DNA of 43,228 bases, from assembly GCA_964565715.1 (NCBI GenBank), contig CAZMGG010000003.1, positions 64,368 through 107,595 of the forward strand, given 5' to 3'. A program made the translations under genes and the position numbers. This DNA comes from an uncultured candidatus Brocadiaceae bacterium. GTDB taxonomy: Bacteria > Planctomycetota > UBA1135 > UBA2386. Below, in pieces: positions 24,699 through 38,602 of the stretch (positions are counted from its first letter, which is position 1; every line of letters starts with the position of its first letter). Below the pieces are notes generated by a model. That model worked only from the letters and a program-made list of their open reading frames with translations, was not told where the DNA came from and did no database searches.

Positions 24699-27490
24699 CG
24701 CCGCCGTGGAGCGGGCGGCGGCGCGCCTGGGCCATGGCCGTCGGCGTGCTGGTGCTGGTGGCCATCGCGTCGGTGACGGCGTGGATCCTGGTCCAGGGCG
24801 GCGGTACCGGGCGGCGCGCGGCACCGGCCTCGGCGGGCGCACCGGCCGGCGCCAGCGTCGCGCCGGTGCCGGCCCTGCCGGCGGGGCCGCTGCCGGCGCC
24901 CAGCGACGACGGCGGCGTAGCGGGCACCGTCCTGCGGCCCGATGGCCTGCCGGCCACCGGCGCCCGCGTGACCCTGCACCGCGCCCAGACGGCGTGGCCC
25001 GAGTGGCGGCGGCAGGCGCTGGAGGTCGCGGTCACCACCGCCGGCGGCCAGTTCCGCTTCCGTACCGCGCGCGGACCCGACCTGCTGCTCGAGTTCGAGC
25101 ACCCGGACTTCGCCGGCGACCTGATCGAGGCCTCGCCCCTGGTGCGTGACGTGCAGCTCCGCCTGCAGCCGGGCTTCGTCGTGTCGGGCTTCGTGGTGGC
25201 CAACCGCCGGCGCCAGTTCGGCTGCCGCGTCACGCTGGAACCGACCATGGGCGAATGGCGGCGCACGGTGGGCGTCGACACCGGCACCGACGGCGCGTTC
25301 CGCTTCGACAACGTGCCCGCCGGCAGCGTGCGCGTGGTGGCGCGGCATCCGGCGTGGCAGCCGGCGGTGCAGCCGCAGGTCACGGTGGGCGCCAGCCGCG
25401 GCCTGGAACTGCGCTTCGAACGGCCGCCGCTGTCGCTCACCGGCCGGGTCCTGGCGGGCGGCAGCCAGCGGCCCCTGGTCGGCGCCCGGGTCACGGCGCT
25501 GCCCAACGTGACCTACCGCGCCCTGTTCGAGCCGCTGGTGACGATGACCGGCGGCGACGGCCGCTTCACGTTCCAGGGCCTCGGGCCCGGCAACCTGCGC
25601 ATCGAGGTGACGCATCCGGAATGGTCGAGCGGCTCGCGTTCGGTCGCGGTCAGCGACTCGTCGGTGGAGCTGCTGTTCGAACTGCTGCCGCGGGCGGCGG
25701 TGCGCGGCCTGCTGCGCCGCGTCGATGGCGTGATCGGCGGCGCCCTCGACGGCGTCCTGCTGTCGCTGCGCTCGGCCAGCGGCGAGATGGGCCGCTGCGC
25801 GGTCGCCGTGGATGGCACCTTCGCCTTCCCCGGCACCTGGTCGCTGGGCAACGCGACGCTGGAGGCCGTCGATGGCGCCGTGGCGTTCGCGCGCACGTCG
25901 GGCGCCGACCTGCCGATCCGCATCGAGGAGGGCGGCGAGGACCTGCAGATCGACGTCACCGCGCCGTCGGTGCTGCGCGGCCGGGTGGTGGACGGCGGCG
26001 GCGCGCCGCTGCCGGGGGCGCAGCTGCTCATCTCCCAGGAACTGCTGCGCCTGCCGGCACCGGACCGGGTGGTGGCGGTGGCCCTGGCCGACGGCTGGTT
26101 CGAGGTGCGCGGCCTGGCGGCGCGCTCGATGTCACTGACCGCGTGCCATCCGGGTCGGGCGGCGCGCCGCGTCGAGGTGCAGGCGCCGGCGCCCGGCGCC
26201 ACCCTGACCGTGCCCGACGTCGTCCTGCTGCCCGGCGGCAGCATCCGCGGCGTGGTCCGTCGCGGCGAAGGGCCGCTGCCGGGGGCGCTGGTGCAGGCCA
26301 CCGGCGGCGTGGCGTCCGGCACGACGGTGGCCGGCGCCGATGGAGCCTTCCTGCTGACCGATCTGGCGCCGGGCAGCTACCGCGTGCGCGCCCGCTACTC
26401 GACCATGCCGCTGGCGTTCGCCGAGGGCGAACTGACGATCACGCCAGGGGCCGTGCTGGGGCCGGTCGAACTCCGCTTCGGCGCCGGCCGCACGGTGCGC
26501 GGCGTGGTGCTCGGGCGTGACCGCCAGCCCGTGGAGGGCGCGGCGGTCACGGCCCGCGGTCTCACCTCATCCGGTGCACCGATCGTCACCGACGCCGCCG
26601 GCGCGTTCGCGATCGAAGTGCCGCAACGCGAGGTCGAACTGCTGATCGCGACCAGCCACGGCGGCAGCCAGGTCCTGCAGCGGGTGCCGGCGGAGGTCAC
26701 CGACGTCGAGGTGACGCTGGACGTGGCGCCGACGGCGACGGTCACCGGCCGCCTGCTCACCACGGTCGGCCGGCGACCCCTGCCGGCGGTGCTGGTGCGC
26801 ATCGAGCCGATCGGTGGCGCCGGGCCCCGCGCCAGCCTGGTCCGCTGGCTGGATCTGGCCGGTGGCGCCCTGCGGCTGCCGTTCGTGCCGGCGCAACCCT
26901 GCCGGCTGATCCTGCAGGGCGAGGGCCTCCTGCCGGCGGTGTTCCCGCTCACCCTGGTGGCCGGGCAGGAACACGATCTCGGCGAGGTGCTGCTGGAACC
27001 CGGCGCCGTGCTGTTCGGCCGCGTCGTCGACGAACAGGGCGCGCCGGTGCCGGGCTGCACCGTCTTCTTCGGCCGCGAGGAGGACCTGCGCGACCACGCG
27101 CCGCCGGGCCGCACCGATCCGCAGGGCCTGTTCCGGCTCGGCGGCGTCAGCTCAGCGCTGCCGACCCTGGTGGCCGTGGCACCGGGCTTCGCGCCGCGCA
27201 CCGTCACCCTGCGCCTGCCGCAGGACGTGCTGGCGCGGGAACCGCTGCCGGTCGTGCTGTCCCGCGGCACCCGCCTCGAGGTGGCGGTGCACGACGGCAC
27301 CGCCGGCCAGATGGTCGTCCTGCAGCGGGACGGCGCGATCCTGCAGGTGGCCGAGTCGGAGGACTCGGGCGTGGCGCACTTCCCCAACCGCGCCGCCGGG
27401 GTCTACGAGGTGTTCCTGCTGGGCCGGCCCGAGACCCTGGTGCAGGTGGCGCTGGACGGCCGCGCGGAGACGCTGCGCCTCGACCTGTGA
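24695..27490 (+). CDS. Large membrane-anchored CarboxypepD_reg-like repeat protein, a paralogue-type of the 5240-7669 gene; an alternative ATG is at 24734
   Basis: GTG overlaps the kinase stop as GTGA. TM helix AMAVGVLVLVAIASVTAWIL. At least 8 repeats of G-x-V-x-x-x-x-G-x-P-x-x-G-A, for example GRVVDGGGAPLPGAQL, GVVRRGEGPLPGALV and GRVVDEQGAPVPGCTV. Confidence 0.7.
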   Translation: MTPPWSGRRRAWAMAVGVLVLVAIASVTAWILVQGGGTGRRAAPASAGAPAGASVAPVPALPAGPLPAPSDDGGVAGTVLRPDGLPATGARVTLHRAQTAWPEWRRQALEVAVTTAGGQFRFRTARGPDLLLEFEHPDFAGDLIEASPLVRDVQLRLQPGFVVSGFVVANRRRQFGCRVTLEPTMGEWRRTVGVDTGTDGAFRFDNVPAGSVRVVARHPAWQPAVQPQVTVGASRGLELRFERPPLSLTGRVLAGGSQRPLVGARVTALPNVTYRALFEPLVTMTGGDGRFTFQGLGPGNLRIEVTHPEWSSGSRSVAVSDSSVELLFELLPRAAVRGLLRRVDGVIGGALDGVLLSLRSASGEMGRCAVAVDGTFAFPGTWSLGNATLEAVDGAVAFARTSGADLPIRIEEGGEDLQIDVTAPSVLRGRVVDGGGAPLPGAQLLISQELLRLPAPDRVVAVALADGWFEVRGLAARSMSLTACHPGRAARRVEVQAPAPGATLTVPDVVLLPGGSIRGVVRRGEGPLPGALVQATGGVASGTTVAGADGAFLLTDLAPGSYRVRARYSTMPLAFAEGELTITPGAVLGPVELRFGAGRTVRGVVLGRDRQPVEGAAVTARGLTSSGAPIVTDAAGAFAIEVPQREVELLIATSHGGSQVLQRVPAEVTDVEVTLDVAPTATVTGRLLTTVGRRPLPAVLVRIEPIGGAGPRASLVRWLDLAGGALRLPFVPAQPCRLILQGEGLLPAVFPLTLVAGQEHDLGEVLLEPGAVLFGRVVDEQGAPVPGCTVFFGREEDLRDHAPPGRTDPQGLFRLGGVSSALPTLVAVAPGFAPRTVTLRLPQDVLAREPLPVVLSRGTRLEVAVHDGTAGQMVVLQRDGAILQVAESEDSGVAHFPNRAAGVYEVFLLGRPETLVQVALDGRAETLRLDL

Positions 27491-27632
27491 GTGCACCGGG
27501 AATTGTTGGCGGCGCGGCTGCAAGTTTCTGGCCGGCAGTGGCTTGCGTCCCGAATCGCCTCCTGCGGCCATCGCGTCACAAGTGCATTCTCGACAACCAC
27601 TTGCGACGTCCACCAACACCAGGTGGCGCAGT

Positions 27633-28922
27633 TCAGAAGCCGGCGAGCTTGTTGAGCCACACCTGCAGTTCCGGCTCGATGTCCTCGATCCGCCGGCCGA
27701 GCGTCTTGTCGAACGCGGTGCTGCTGTCGCCCTTCCGCTCGGCGAACGCCTGCCGCACGTACTCGAGGAACGGCCCGCGCAGGTCGGGCTTCTGGTCCGG
27801 GCGCAGCAGGAAGGCCACCAGCATCTGCGCCGCGCTCCAGTTGACTGCCGTCGGCGTGTCGTCCATCAGGTAGTAGCCGCCGTACATCGGCAGGTGGAGC
27901 AGGTGGGTGAGGCGGTAGCTGCGGCCGAGCGCCGCCATCGCCTGCAGGTCCTGGTAGCGCGGATCGCCCGGCGCGGCGCGGCCGGCGGGGCCCTGGAAGC
28001 GCGACTCGGCCCACATGCCGAGCCCGATCTCGAGCCAGGGGCAGACGCGGTCGCGGTCGTCGCGCAGCGATGGGTTGCCGGCGAGGCAGTGGTAGAGGAT
28101 GGCCTGGGTGCCGAGGAAGAACAGGAGGCGCGGCCGTTCGGGATCGGCGCCGTAGAACGTGCGGCCGACGTCGCCGTGCGGGTCGGGGACGTGGAACGGC
28201 AGCGGCCGCATGCCCCACTTGGCGAAGCTGCCGAGGTCGCGGCTCACCTCGATCGCCATCGGCGCCAGCGCCGGCTGCAGGCGCAGGGCCTCGCCGAAGC
28301 GGCTGAACCAGTCGGCATACAGGGCCTCCAGGTCGAGCAGCGCGCCGACCGCCTGCGGGAAGCCGGCGTCGGCCTGCAGGCGCCAGTGCTCGGAACGCAG
28401 CTCGTGGCGCCGGCCGCCCCACTGGGCGAGGAACTGCTCGCGGGTGAGCCAGCGGCCGTCGAGTTCCCAGAGCCAGCCCTTGCTGTGCCGACGATGGCCG
28501 AGGAACTCGTGGGCGCGATCGTGATCGTCGTGGCGCAGGACCAGGTCGAAGGCCTGCAGGCGCGCCAGTTCGGGCAGTTCGCGCGAGCGGGCCCACTCCA
28601 CCAGGATCCAGGCCATCGCCGGGCTGTCCGGCAGGCGGCGGCGGCGGGCGACGAACTCGGCGGTGCGGTCGTCGACCAGATCCATGGCGGTGACCTTGCC
28701 GCGCTGTACCCGCACGCGCTTGCCGCCCTGCACGATCAGCACCTCGTCGCCGTCGCCCTGGGTCGGATCGGCGAATGGCGTCAGCACGCGGCCGCGGATC
28801 TCCTGATCGGCGGTGCGGACGACGTCCCGCAGGTCGTCCTGGGCGGCGGTGGGCGTGGTGGCCAGGAGGGCGGCGAGCGGGCCCAGGAGCAGGCCGGCGA
28901 ACCGGGGCGTGGGGCGGGTCAT
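27633..28922 (-). CDS. Secreted hypothetical protein of 429 aa
   Basis: Signal peptide MTRPTPRFAGLLLGPLAALLATTPTAAQ. His/Trp-rich, with no confident family assignment. Confidence 0.5.
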   Translation of the reverse strand: MTRPTPRFAGLLLGPLAALLATTPTAAQDDLRDVVRTADQEIRGRVLTPFADPTQGDGDEVLIVQGGKRVRVQRGKVTAMDLVDDRTAEFVARRRRLPDSPAMAWILVEWARSRELPELARLQAFDLVLRHDDHDRAHEFLGHRRHSKGWLWELDGRWLTREQFLAQWGGRRHELRSEHWRLQADAGFPQAVGALLDLEALYADWFSRFGEALRLQPALAPMAIEVSRDLGSFAKWGMRPLPFHVPDPHGDVGRTFYGADPERPRLLFFLGTQAILYHCLAGNPSLRDDRDRVCPWLEIGLGMWAESRFQGPAGRAAPGDPRYQDLQAMAALGRSYRLTHLLHLPMYGGYYLMDDTPTAVNWSAAQMLVAFLLRPDQKPDLRGPFLEYVRQAFAERKGDSSTAFDKTLGRRIEDIEPELQVWLNKLAGF

Positions 28923-28989
28923 GGGCGGCCAATGTAGCCGCGGCAGCAGGCGCGGTTGCAGCAGGCGGGCGAGATGCCAAGACCGGCGG

Positions 28990-30598
28990 TCAGCGCGGCC
29001 GCAGCAGGCGGGCGAAGTTGCGCGCGCCGACGAGGCCGCCGGCCACCGCGGCGAGCAGCGCCGAGGCGCCGAGCGCGCCGGCCTGCAGCGCCGCGGCGGT
29101 GCCGAGCGGGATCGCGTCCTGGCCCAGCAGGTCGGCCAGGATCAGGGCGGTCACCAGGGCCGGCGCCAGCGCCAGTTCGAAGGCGAGCACCAGCAGCATC
29201 GCCGCCAGCAGCGGCCGCGCGCCCTGGCCGAGCCGGCCGCTCTCGTCGGGCCGCAGCAGCCACGGCATGGTGCCGACCAGGGCCAGCACGCCGAGCGCGA
29301 TGCCGTTGCCGAGCAGCGCCATGCCGAGGAACACCAGGACCGTGGCGAGTCCGGCGCCGAACACCTGCGCGCCGAGGAACGCCACCACCAGCACCGGCCA
29401 CAGCAGCAGCGTGGCGATCGCCTCGAGCTTGCCGCGCAGGATGGCGCCGGGCCGCGCCGGCGCGAGCTGGTAGAGCGACCACTGCGCGCCGTCCTGCAGC
29501 GCCACGCGGCCCATGTTGCCGTTCAGCGCCATCAGCGCCGCCAGGAACCACAGGCCGAGCATGGCGCCGCACTGGCGGGCGGGGAGCGGCAGCATCGGCG
29601 CGGTGAGGATCGGCCGCACCAGCACGCCGTTCCGGGCGAACACCCAGAGCAGCACGGCGAACAGCGCCATGCCGATCAGGTGGCCCGGCTGCTGCGCGAT
29701 CTGCGCCAGTTCCTTCTGTCGCACGGCGGCCACCACGGTGTCGGCGAGCGGGCGGCGGCGACGGCCGCGGCCGGCGCGGACCCGGGCGCTGTTCTCCGCG
29801 GCCCGGGGGTGCAGCAGCCCGACCAGCAGGAACAGCAGCAGCGGCAGCCCCAGCCAGCCGAGCAGGGCAGGCGCGGTGCGCGCCGGCAGCTCCCGGCCGG
29901 CGGTCCAGGCCAGCAGGTCGGCGCCCAGTCCGGCGGCGCCCGGCAGTTCGGGCTGCTGGCGCACGAACGTCGCCAGGGCCGCGGCCTGCTCGCTGGACGG
30001 CGCGAAGGCCGAGGCGGTGAGGAAGCCGGCGAAGGCGAGGCTGGCGAGACCGGCCAGCACGGTGGCCAGGGTCTGCGCCGCCGGACCGGCCAGGAAGCGC
30101 TGCATCAGGATCTGGGCCGCCATCACCATGGCCAGCGTCGGCAGCAGGCAGACCAGCACGGCGACGGGGACCATCAGCACCGCCGCCGGCGGTGCGCTGG
30201 TCAGGCCCAGCACGCGGAGGGCGAACGGCGTGCACAGCGCCGAGGCCCACAGCCAGCAAAGGAACAGGATCCGCAGCAGCACCTGCAGCGGCGGCCGCCA
30301 GGCCGGCAGCGGCGCCTGGCGCCAGAGCGGCAGTTCCGGCGTCTCGAACAGGGCGCGCCAGGCGTGGCCGAAGCCGAACCAGACCGCCACCAGGAAGCTC
30401 GGGCCCAGCGCCGCGCCGAGCAGCGTGCGGACGCCGCCGCCGCGGGCGTGCAGCACGGCGTCGCGCAGGCTGGGCTGCGCCAGCATGGCCTCGCCGAGGA
30501 TCGACGAGATGCCGGCCAGCACCGTCAGCGTGACCAGGTGGCCGAACAGCGGCCGCCGGCCCTCGCGGCCGCGCAGCACGTTGCCGAGCGCCTGCAGG

Positions 30599-30618
<20 letters not shown>
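28990..30618 (-). CDS. Multi-pass membrane protein, the putative permease of the ABC exporter
   Basis: MGLLAADLQ start overlaps the ATPase gene's 3' end by ~20 nt. About 10-12 hydrophobic helices. Confidence 0.55.
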
Positions 30619-31395
<777 letters not shown>

Positions 31396-31399
<4 letters not shown>

Positions 31400-32166
31400 C
31401 CGTCGAACTCCGCGGTGACCGGGCAGTGGTCGCTGGCCGGGCGCTTCAGCCGCACGTCCTTGTGCACGGTGACGGCCCTGCAGGCGGCGGTGGCCCGGGC
31501 CGAGGTCAGCACGTAGTCGATGCGCAGGCCCTCGTCCTTGAAGGCGGCGCCCGCCCTGTAGTGCCACCAGGTGTAGAGGCCGGGCTCGGGATGGAAACGC
31601 CGCGTCACGTCGTCGAGGCCCCAGTCCAGCAGCCGCCGCATGGCGGTCCGTTCCGGCTCCGAGCAGAGGATCTTGCCGCGCCAGGCCTCGGGATCGTGCA
31701 CATCCCGATCCTCGATGGCGACGTTGAAGTCGCCGAGCAGCACGACCTTCTCGTCGCGACGATAGTCCTCGTCGAGCATCGAGCGCAGCCGTTCGAACCA
31801 GGCGAGCTTCCGCCGATAGCTGTCGGTGCCCACCGCCTGGCCGTTCGGGCAATAGAGGTTGAGGACCATGAACTCGCCGACGTTGCAGCCGATCACCCGC
31901 CGCTCGCCGTCCGGCGGGTCGCCGGGCAGCCCGCGCAGGACCGCCTCCATGCGGTGCCGGGCCAGGATCGCGACGCCGTTGTAGGACTTCTGCCCGAAGG
32001 TCTCGAGGTTGTAGCCCTCGTCCTCCAGCGGCTCCCGCGGCAGCTGCTCGTCGACGACCTTGGTTTCCTGCAGGCACAGCACGTCGGGACGTTCGTCGCG
32101 CAGGAAGTCGATGACGTGGGCGAGGCGGGCCCGCAGCCCGTTGACGTTCCAGGTGGTGATCTTCAT
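31396..32166 (-). CDS. xthA: Exodeoxyribonuclease III (AP endonuclease of the Xth family)
   Basis: MKITTWNVNGLRAR, LCLQETK, NLYCPNG, LGDFNV and the C-terminal SDHCPV motif are all present. Confidence 0.8.
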
Positions 32167-32282
32167 CGGTGGGGGCGGGAGCGGGACGGCGGCGGCACGG
32201 AGGGGGCATTCTGGCGATCGTGCGTCCCGGCGGAAGGGCCTGCTTCTTGCCACCGCGCCGGTGGCCGGTTCTGCTCTCGCCC

Positions 32283-33560
32283 ATGCGATTCCCCCTCGCC
32301 GCGCTCTGGCTGTTCGCCCTGCTGCCCGCCTGCGCCGCGCCCGCGCGCTTCGTGGTGCCCAGCGACGATCGCGAGGTCGCCATGCGCGACATGGTCGCCG
32401 ATCTCGCCCGGAACGACGTCGTCGTGCTCGGCGAGACCCACGACAACATCCACGGCCATCGGGCCCACCTGGCGATCGTGCAGGCGCTGCACGCCGAACG
32501 GCCGCGCCTGGCGATCGCGATGGAGATGTTCGAGCGCGACGTGCAGTCGGTGCTCTACCAGTACCTGCTGGGCGACATCGAGGAGGCCGAGTTCCTGCGC
32601 GACAGCCGGCCGTGGCCGAACTACCAGACCGACTACCGGCCGCTGGTGGAGTGGGCGAAGCAGAACGGCGTGCCGGTGATCGCCGCCAACGTGCCGCGGC
32701 GCCTGGCCAGCAAGGTGGCGAAGGAAGGGCTCGCGGCGGTCGCGGGTGACCCGCTGACGGCGCGCGAGGTGTCGGCCCCCGAGGACCTCTACTGGGAGGC
32801 GTTCAAGGCCGAGATGGGTTCGCACATGGGCGCCGGCGGCGACGCGACGCGCCGCTTCTACGAGGCGCAGTGCCTCAAGGACGACACCATGGCCGAGTCG
32901 ATCGCCGACTTCCTGAAGGACGAGCGGCGGCAGGGCCGCGACACCCTGGTGGTGCACCTGTGCGGTCGCTTCCACTCCGACCACCGGCGCGGCACCGTCG
33001 CCCGGGTGCAGTCGCGTCTGCCGGAAGCGCGCATCGCCGTGCTGACGGTGGACGAGGTGCCCGAGTCGCACGAAGGCCGCTTCACGGTGAAGCCCGGCGT
33101 GGCGGACTACGTGGTGGTGGTGCCGCCGATGCCGAAGAAGGAGACGCCGGCGCGGCCGGCGCCGCCGGTGGCCGGCAAGCCCGTCAATCCGCACGAGCCG
33201 CGGACCGGCGCCACGCCGGCCAACCCACACGAGCCGAAGCCCGCGACGACCGCGAAGGCGACCGAGCCGCAGCGCGAGCCGCCGCCGCCGGGCGCCCGTC
33301 CGGCGCTCGGCCTGATGCCCGACTACGGCGCCGAGGGCGGCATGCGGGTCGGCGGCGTCACCGAAGGCGGGCCGGCCTGGGTCGGCGGCGTCAAGGAGGG
33401 CGACGTGATCGTCAAGGTCGCCGGCCTGCCGGTCACCGACATCACCACCTACAGCCAGGCGCTGGAGACGGTGAAGGTCGGCGAGCTGATCGAGATCGTG
33501 GTGAAGCGCGGCGCCGAGAACCACACCTTGAAGGTCGAGGTCGGCGTCCGCACGCGCTGA
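32283..33560 (+). CDS. ChaN-like (DUF399 / haem-binding uptake, Tiki-TraB superfamily) lipoprotein with a C-terminal PDZ domain
   Basis: Signal/lipobox MRFPLAALWLFALLPACAAP. ChaN-like VVLGETHDN and HxxR motifs. A Pro-rich linker. PDZ-like GVTEGGPAWVGGVKEGDVIVKVAG. Confidence 0.6.
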   Translation: MRFPLAALWLFALLPACAAPARFVVPSDDREVAMRDMVADLARNDVVVLGETHDNIHGHRAHLAIVQALHAERPRLAIAMEMFERDVQSVLYQYLLGDIEEAEFLRDSRPWPNYQTDYRPLVEWAKQNGVPVIAANVPRRLASKVAKEGLAAVAGDPLTAREVSAPEDLYWEAFKAEMGSHMGAGGDATRRFYEAQCLKDDTMAESIADFLKDERRQGRDTLVVHLCGRFHSDHRRGTVARVQSRLPEARIAVLTVDEVPESHEGRFTVKPGVADYVVVVPPMPKKETPARPAPPVAGKPVNPHEPRTGATPANPHEPKPATTAKATEPQREPPPPGARPALGLMPDYGAEGGMRVGGVTEGGPAWVGGVKEGDVIVKVAGLPVTDITTYSQALETVKVGELIEIVVKRGAENHTLKVEVGVRTR

Positions 33561-33584
33561 ACGCCGCCATCGCCGCCGTTCAGC
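33556..33584. terminator. Bidirectional terminator-like hairpin between convergent genes
   Basis: GCTGAACG-N13-CGTTCAGC, an 8-bp perfect stem, overlapping both stop codons. Confidence 0.5.
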
Positions 33585-36567
33585 CGCGCAGGGCGGCCTG
33601 GAAGTCGGCGGGCAGCAGCAGGCCGTCGGCGGCCACCGTCGGCGCCACGTGCTCGGCCTGCAGCACGAGCCGCAGCTGCGTCGCGGCATCGCGGCCGGCC
33701 GCCAGCAGGCAGAGGCCGGTCCACCAGCACCGGCTGCCGAACGCGCGCAGGCTCGGGCCGGCCTCCGCGGGGTCGAGGGCGCGGAGTTGCGCCGCGTAGT
33801 CGCCCAACGCCCGGTGCAGGTCGTCCAGCGGCGCTGACGGATCGGTGGTGCGGTCGTGGTCGAGCGCCCGGCGCACGGCGGCGGCGAGCTGCTCGCCCGC
33901 GGCCAGCAGCGCGGCCGGCAGCACCCGCGATGCCTCGGTGAGTTCCACCACCGCCGCGACCCGGTCGGCAGTGATCGCTGTGACATCGCGGTACCGGCCG
34001 AGCCGTTGCGCCACCAGGGCCGCGCCCCGGGCCTCGTCGCCGCCGGCGAAGGCGGCGTTGGCGAACAGGCCGGCGCCGACCACCAGCACCGCGGCGCCGG
34101 CGATGGCGAGGACCCGGCGCCGGCGGGCCCGGCCCCGACGGGCCAGCTCCTCCTGCTGGCGCCGTTCCAGTTCCCGCTCCGCGGCGGCGGCCACCTTGCG
34201 CCAGTGTTCCGCCAGCCGGAGCTGCCGGCCGGCGGGCTCCGCCGAGGCCACGCCCGGCCCGGCCAGCGCCTCCAGCGTCTCGCGGGCGATGCGCAATCGC
34301 ACCGCCGGATCGTCGGTGGCGTCGAGGTCGGTCTCGGCGCGGGCGGCGAGTTCCTGGGCCAGCATCGTCTCGACGTCGCGGAGGTCGTTGCCGTACAGCT
34401 CGCCGCGCTCCTGCTGCACCAGCGGCAGCAGGAATTGCAACAGGTCGCGCCGCTCGCGCAGCGCCCGCAACCGCTGGTCGGCGCCGCTGTGCGGGTCGTC
34501 GGCCAACTCGGCGTAGATCCGCGCCAGCTCCTGGTTGCGGCGGACGGCCTGTTCGATCTCCTGCTTGCGGCGGCGCGCCTCGTCGAGCCGCTGCCGCAGC
34601 CGCCGCGCCTCCGGCGTCTCGCCCTCGCCGTCGGCCGCCTCCTCGGTCAGGTGGTCGATGGCGCGTTCCATGTCGAACAGGCCGGTGGTCCAGTGGCCCC
34701 GGGCCAGGGCCTGCTCGGCGCCGCGCGCCAGGCGGTCGCGGGTGGAGCGGGCCTGGTCGAGCTGCATGCGCAGGGTCTCGATCCGGTCGAGGAGCTGGCT
34801 GCGCGGCCGTTCCGGCCGGTCCACCAGGGACTCCAGCATGCGCAGCGCGTCGAGCCGGTGCAGCGCGGTCTGCAACGGCCGCACCGGCACCGGCTCGGCG
34901 GCGAGCTTGTCCTGGGCCTCGGCCAGCAGGTCCCAGGCGCCGTCGGTGGTGCGCAGCAGGGCCTCGTCGAGCTGCCGGCGACACGGCTCGAGCCGGTCGG
35001 CCAGCGCCGGGTACTCGGTGGCGAGGTCGTGTAGGGCGAGGCCGAGCCCGCGCAGGCCCATCCCGCCGGGCTGGTCGGCGGCGGTGCCGCCGCTGAGCCG
35101 CCGGCCGCCGCACTCGCGCACGAACGACGCCACCGCGTCGAGCGGCGGCGCGGCGCCGGCCAGGAACATCTCGCGCAGTCGTTCGAGCCCGGGGCCGGCG
35201 CGGCCGATGCGCTCGACGTAGAACGCCAGGCGGTGCAGCCGGTCGCGGCAGCGCGTGACCACGGCGGCGGTGCCGCCGTAGGCGCCGGCGATGGCCTCCA
35301 GGGCCCGTTCCGCCGCAGCGAGGTCCAGTCCGGCCTCGGCCGCGGTCATCGCCGCCAGCAGCTCGTCGTGCTCGGCGTTGGCGGTGCGGATCTCGTCGTG
35401 CAGGCGCTGCAGCACCAGGCCCGGCTGGCGCTGCAGCGACGAGGGCATGCGGGGATTGCCGCGGTCGGGCAGCAGCAGCGGGCCAGGCGCCGCCAGGGCA
35501 CTGGTCAGCATGCCGGTGGCGCTGCCGATCAGCGCATGGGCCTCGCCGAACGCCCCCTGCCGGCGCAGTTCCGCCACCCGTTCGGGCAGCGTGGTCAGGA
35601 TCGTCGCCGCCGACGTCCGCGCCGTCTGCCGCAACTGCAGCGCCGGCCCGTGGCACGGGAAGCGGCGCAGGATCACCGCCGCCACCTGCAGCGCGCGTTC
35701 GACACCATTCGGGGTGGCGGTGACCTCGGGCAGCGCCTGCAGGGGCCACCGTTGCTGCTGCGCCAGCCGTCGCCGGGCCAGGGCCAGCAGCGCCTCGCGC
35801 CGTGGGCTGGCGGGCAGGGCCGCGCCGTGGCGGGCGGCCTCGGCCAGGTCGCCGCGCTGGATCTCGGCCAGCAGCGCCTCGGCCGGGTCCCGCTCGAGCC
35901 GCGCGCCGATGTCCCGCAGCGCGGCGGCCACCACCGCGGCCGCCGGGCGCCGCGCCACCAGCGGCGCACGACACGCATCCACCAACTCGCCCAACGCCGG
36001 GTCGTGACCCTGCAGCCGGCCGCGGGGATCACCGCACAGGGCGAGGTGCAGCGCCTGGCCGAGGCCGAGCACGTCCGCCGCCGCGTCGCCTGGCCCCCGG
36101 CTCGGGTGGGCGTGCTCCAGGTCGAGGAGCCGGATCTGGTCGCCATCGCACAGCAGGTTGGCGGGGCGCACGTCGCCGTGGACCACGCCGTGGGGCAGTT
36201 CCTCGGTGCGCAGCCCGTGCATCGCCGCGAGCGTGCCGGCGAGGCTGGCGAACAGGCGGCAGGCGCGGGCCGGTGGCAGGGCGCCCCGTTCCGCCAGCAG
36301 CGCCGACAGGTCCCGGCCGGGATGCAGATCCATCCGCACGCAGGGCCGGCCGGTCACCGGGTCGTGGCCGCTGCCGCGGTAGCGCACCACCGGCAGGTGG
36401 GCGAGCCGCTGCCCCATCTGGCACTCCCGGGCGGCGTCCTCCAGCGAACCCCGCGCGAAGATCTTCACCAACTCCACCTCGCCTCCGCCGGGCTCGCGGG
36501 TCCGCACCAGGGTCCGGTCGGGCGAGCAGTGCACCAACTGGTCCTGGGGCGCGGTCGGATCGGCCAT
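33580..36567 (-). CDS. Large protein with a divergent N-terminal protein-kinase-like domain (possible pseudokinase), a long coiled-coil, a TM segment and a C-terminal domain
   Basis: The kinase-like catalytic loop is VHGDVRPANLL; DLE replaces DFG; the Gly loop is not canonical. The Glu/Arg-rich coiled-coil covers ~residues 560-760. TM helix VLAIAGAAVLVVGAGLFANAAFAG. Confidence 0.6.
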   Translation of the reverse strand: MADPTAPQDQLVHCSPDRTLVRTREPGGGEVELVKIFARGSLEDAARECQMGQRLAHLPVVRYRGSGHDPVTGRPCVRMDLHPGRDLSALLAERGALPPARACRLFASLAGTLAAMHGLRTEELPHGVVHGDVRPANLLCDGDQIRLLDLEHAHPSRGPGDAAADVLGLGQALHLALCGDPRGRLQGHDPALGELVDACRAPLVARRPAAAVVAAALRDIGARLERDPAEALLAEIQRGDLAEAARHGAALPASPRREALLALARRRLAQQQRWPLQALPEVTATPNGVERALQVAAVILRRFPCHGPALQLRQTARTSAATILTTLPERVAELRRQGAFGEAHALIGSATGMLTSALAAPGPLLLPDRGNPRMPSSLQRQPGLVLQRLHDEIRTANAEHDELLAAMTAAEAGLDLAAAERALEAIAGAYGGTAAVVTRCRDRLHRLAFYVERIGRAGPGLERLREMFLAGAAPPLDAVASFVRECGGRRLSGGTAADQPGGMGLRGLGLALHDLATEYPALADRLEPCRRQLDEALLRTTDGAWDLLAEAQDKLAAEPVPVRPLQTALHRLDALRMLESLVDRPERPRSQLLDRIETLRMQLDQARSTRDRLARGAEQALARGHWTTGLFDMERAIDHLTEEAADGEGETPEARRLRQRLDEARRRKQEIEQAVRRNQELARIYAELADDPHSGADQRLRALRERRDLLQFLLPLVQQERGELYGNDLRDVETMLAQELAARAETDLDATDDPAVRLRIARETLEALAGPGVASAEPAGRQLRLAEHWRKVAAAAERELERRQQEELARRGRARRRRVLAIAGAAVLVVGAGLFANAAFAGGDEARGAALVAQRLGRYRDVTAITADRVAAVVELTEASRVLPAALLAAGEQLAAAVRRALDHDRTTDPSAPLDDLHRALGDYAAQLRALDPAEAGPSLRAFGSRCWWTGLCLLAAGRDAATQLRLVLQAEHVAPTVAADGLLLPADFQAALRG

Positions 36568-36716
36568 GGCAAGGGGGGTGGGAAGGGTCGCCGGGGGTGC
36601 GGCCGGCGAGGGTGCGGAAGTGTAACACGTTGCCCCGCATGGCCGTGCGTCATCCGACGGCTTTCCGACGGCGGCCCTACCCGGTTCGCCTGATGCAGGC
36701 GAGAATCCGACACCCT

Positions 36717-38597
<1,881 letters not shown>

Positions 38598-38602
38598 AGC
38601 CG

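Noticed and set aside
21984-24842. A 952-aa minus-strand ORF opposite the Ser/Thr kinase
   Set aside because: It is R/P/Q-rich low complexity and antisense to a kinase with all Hanks motifs intact.
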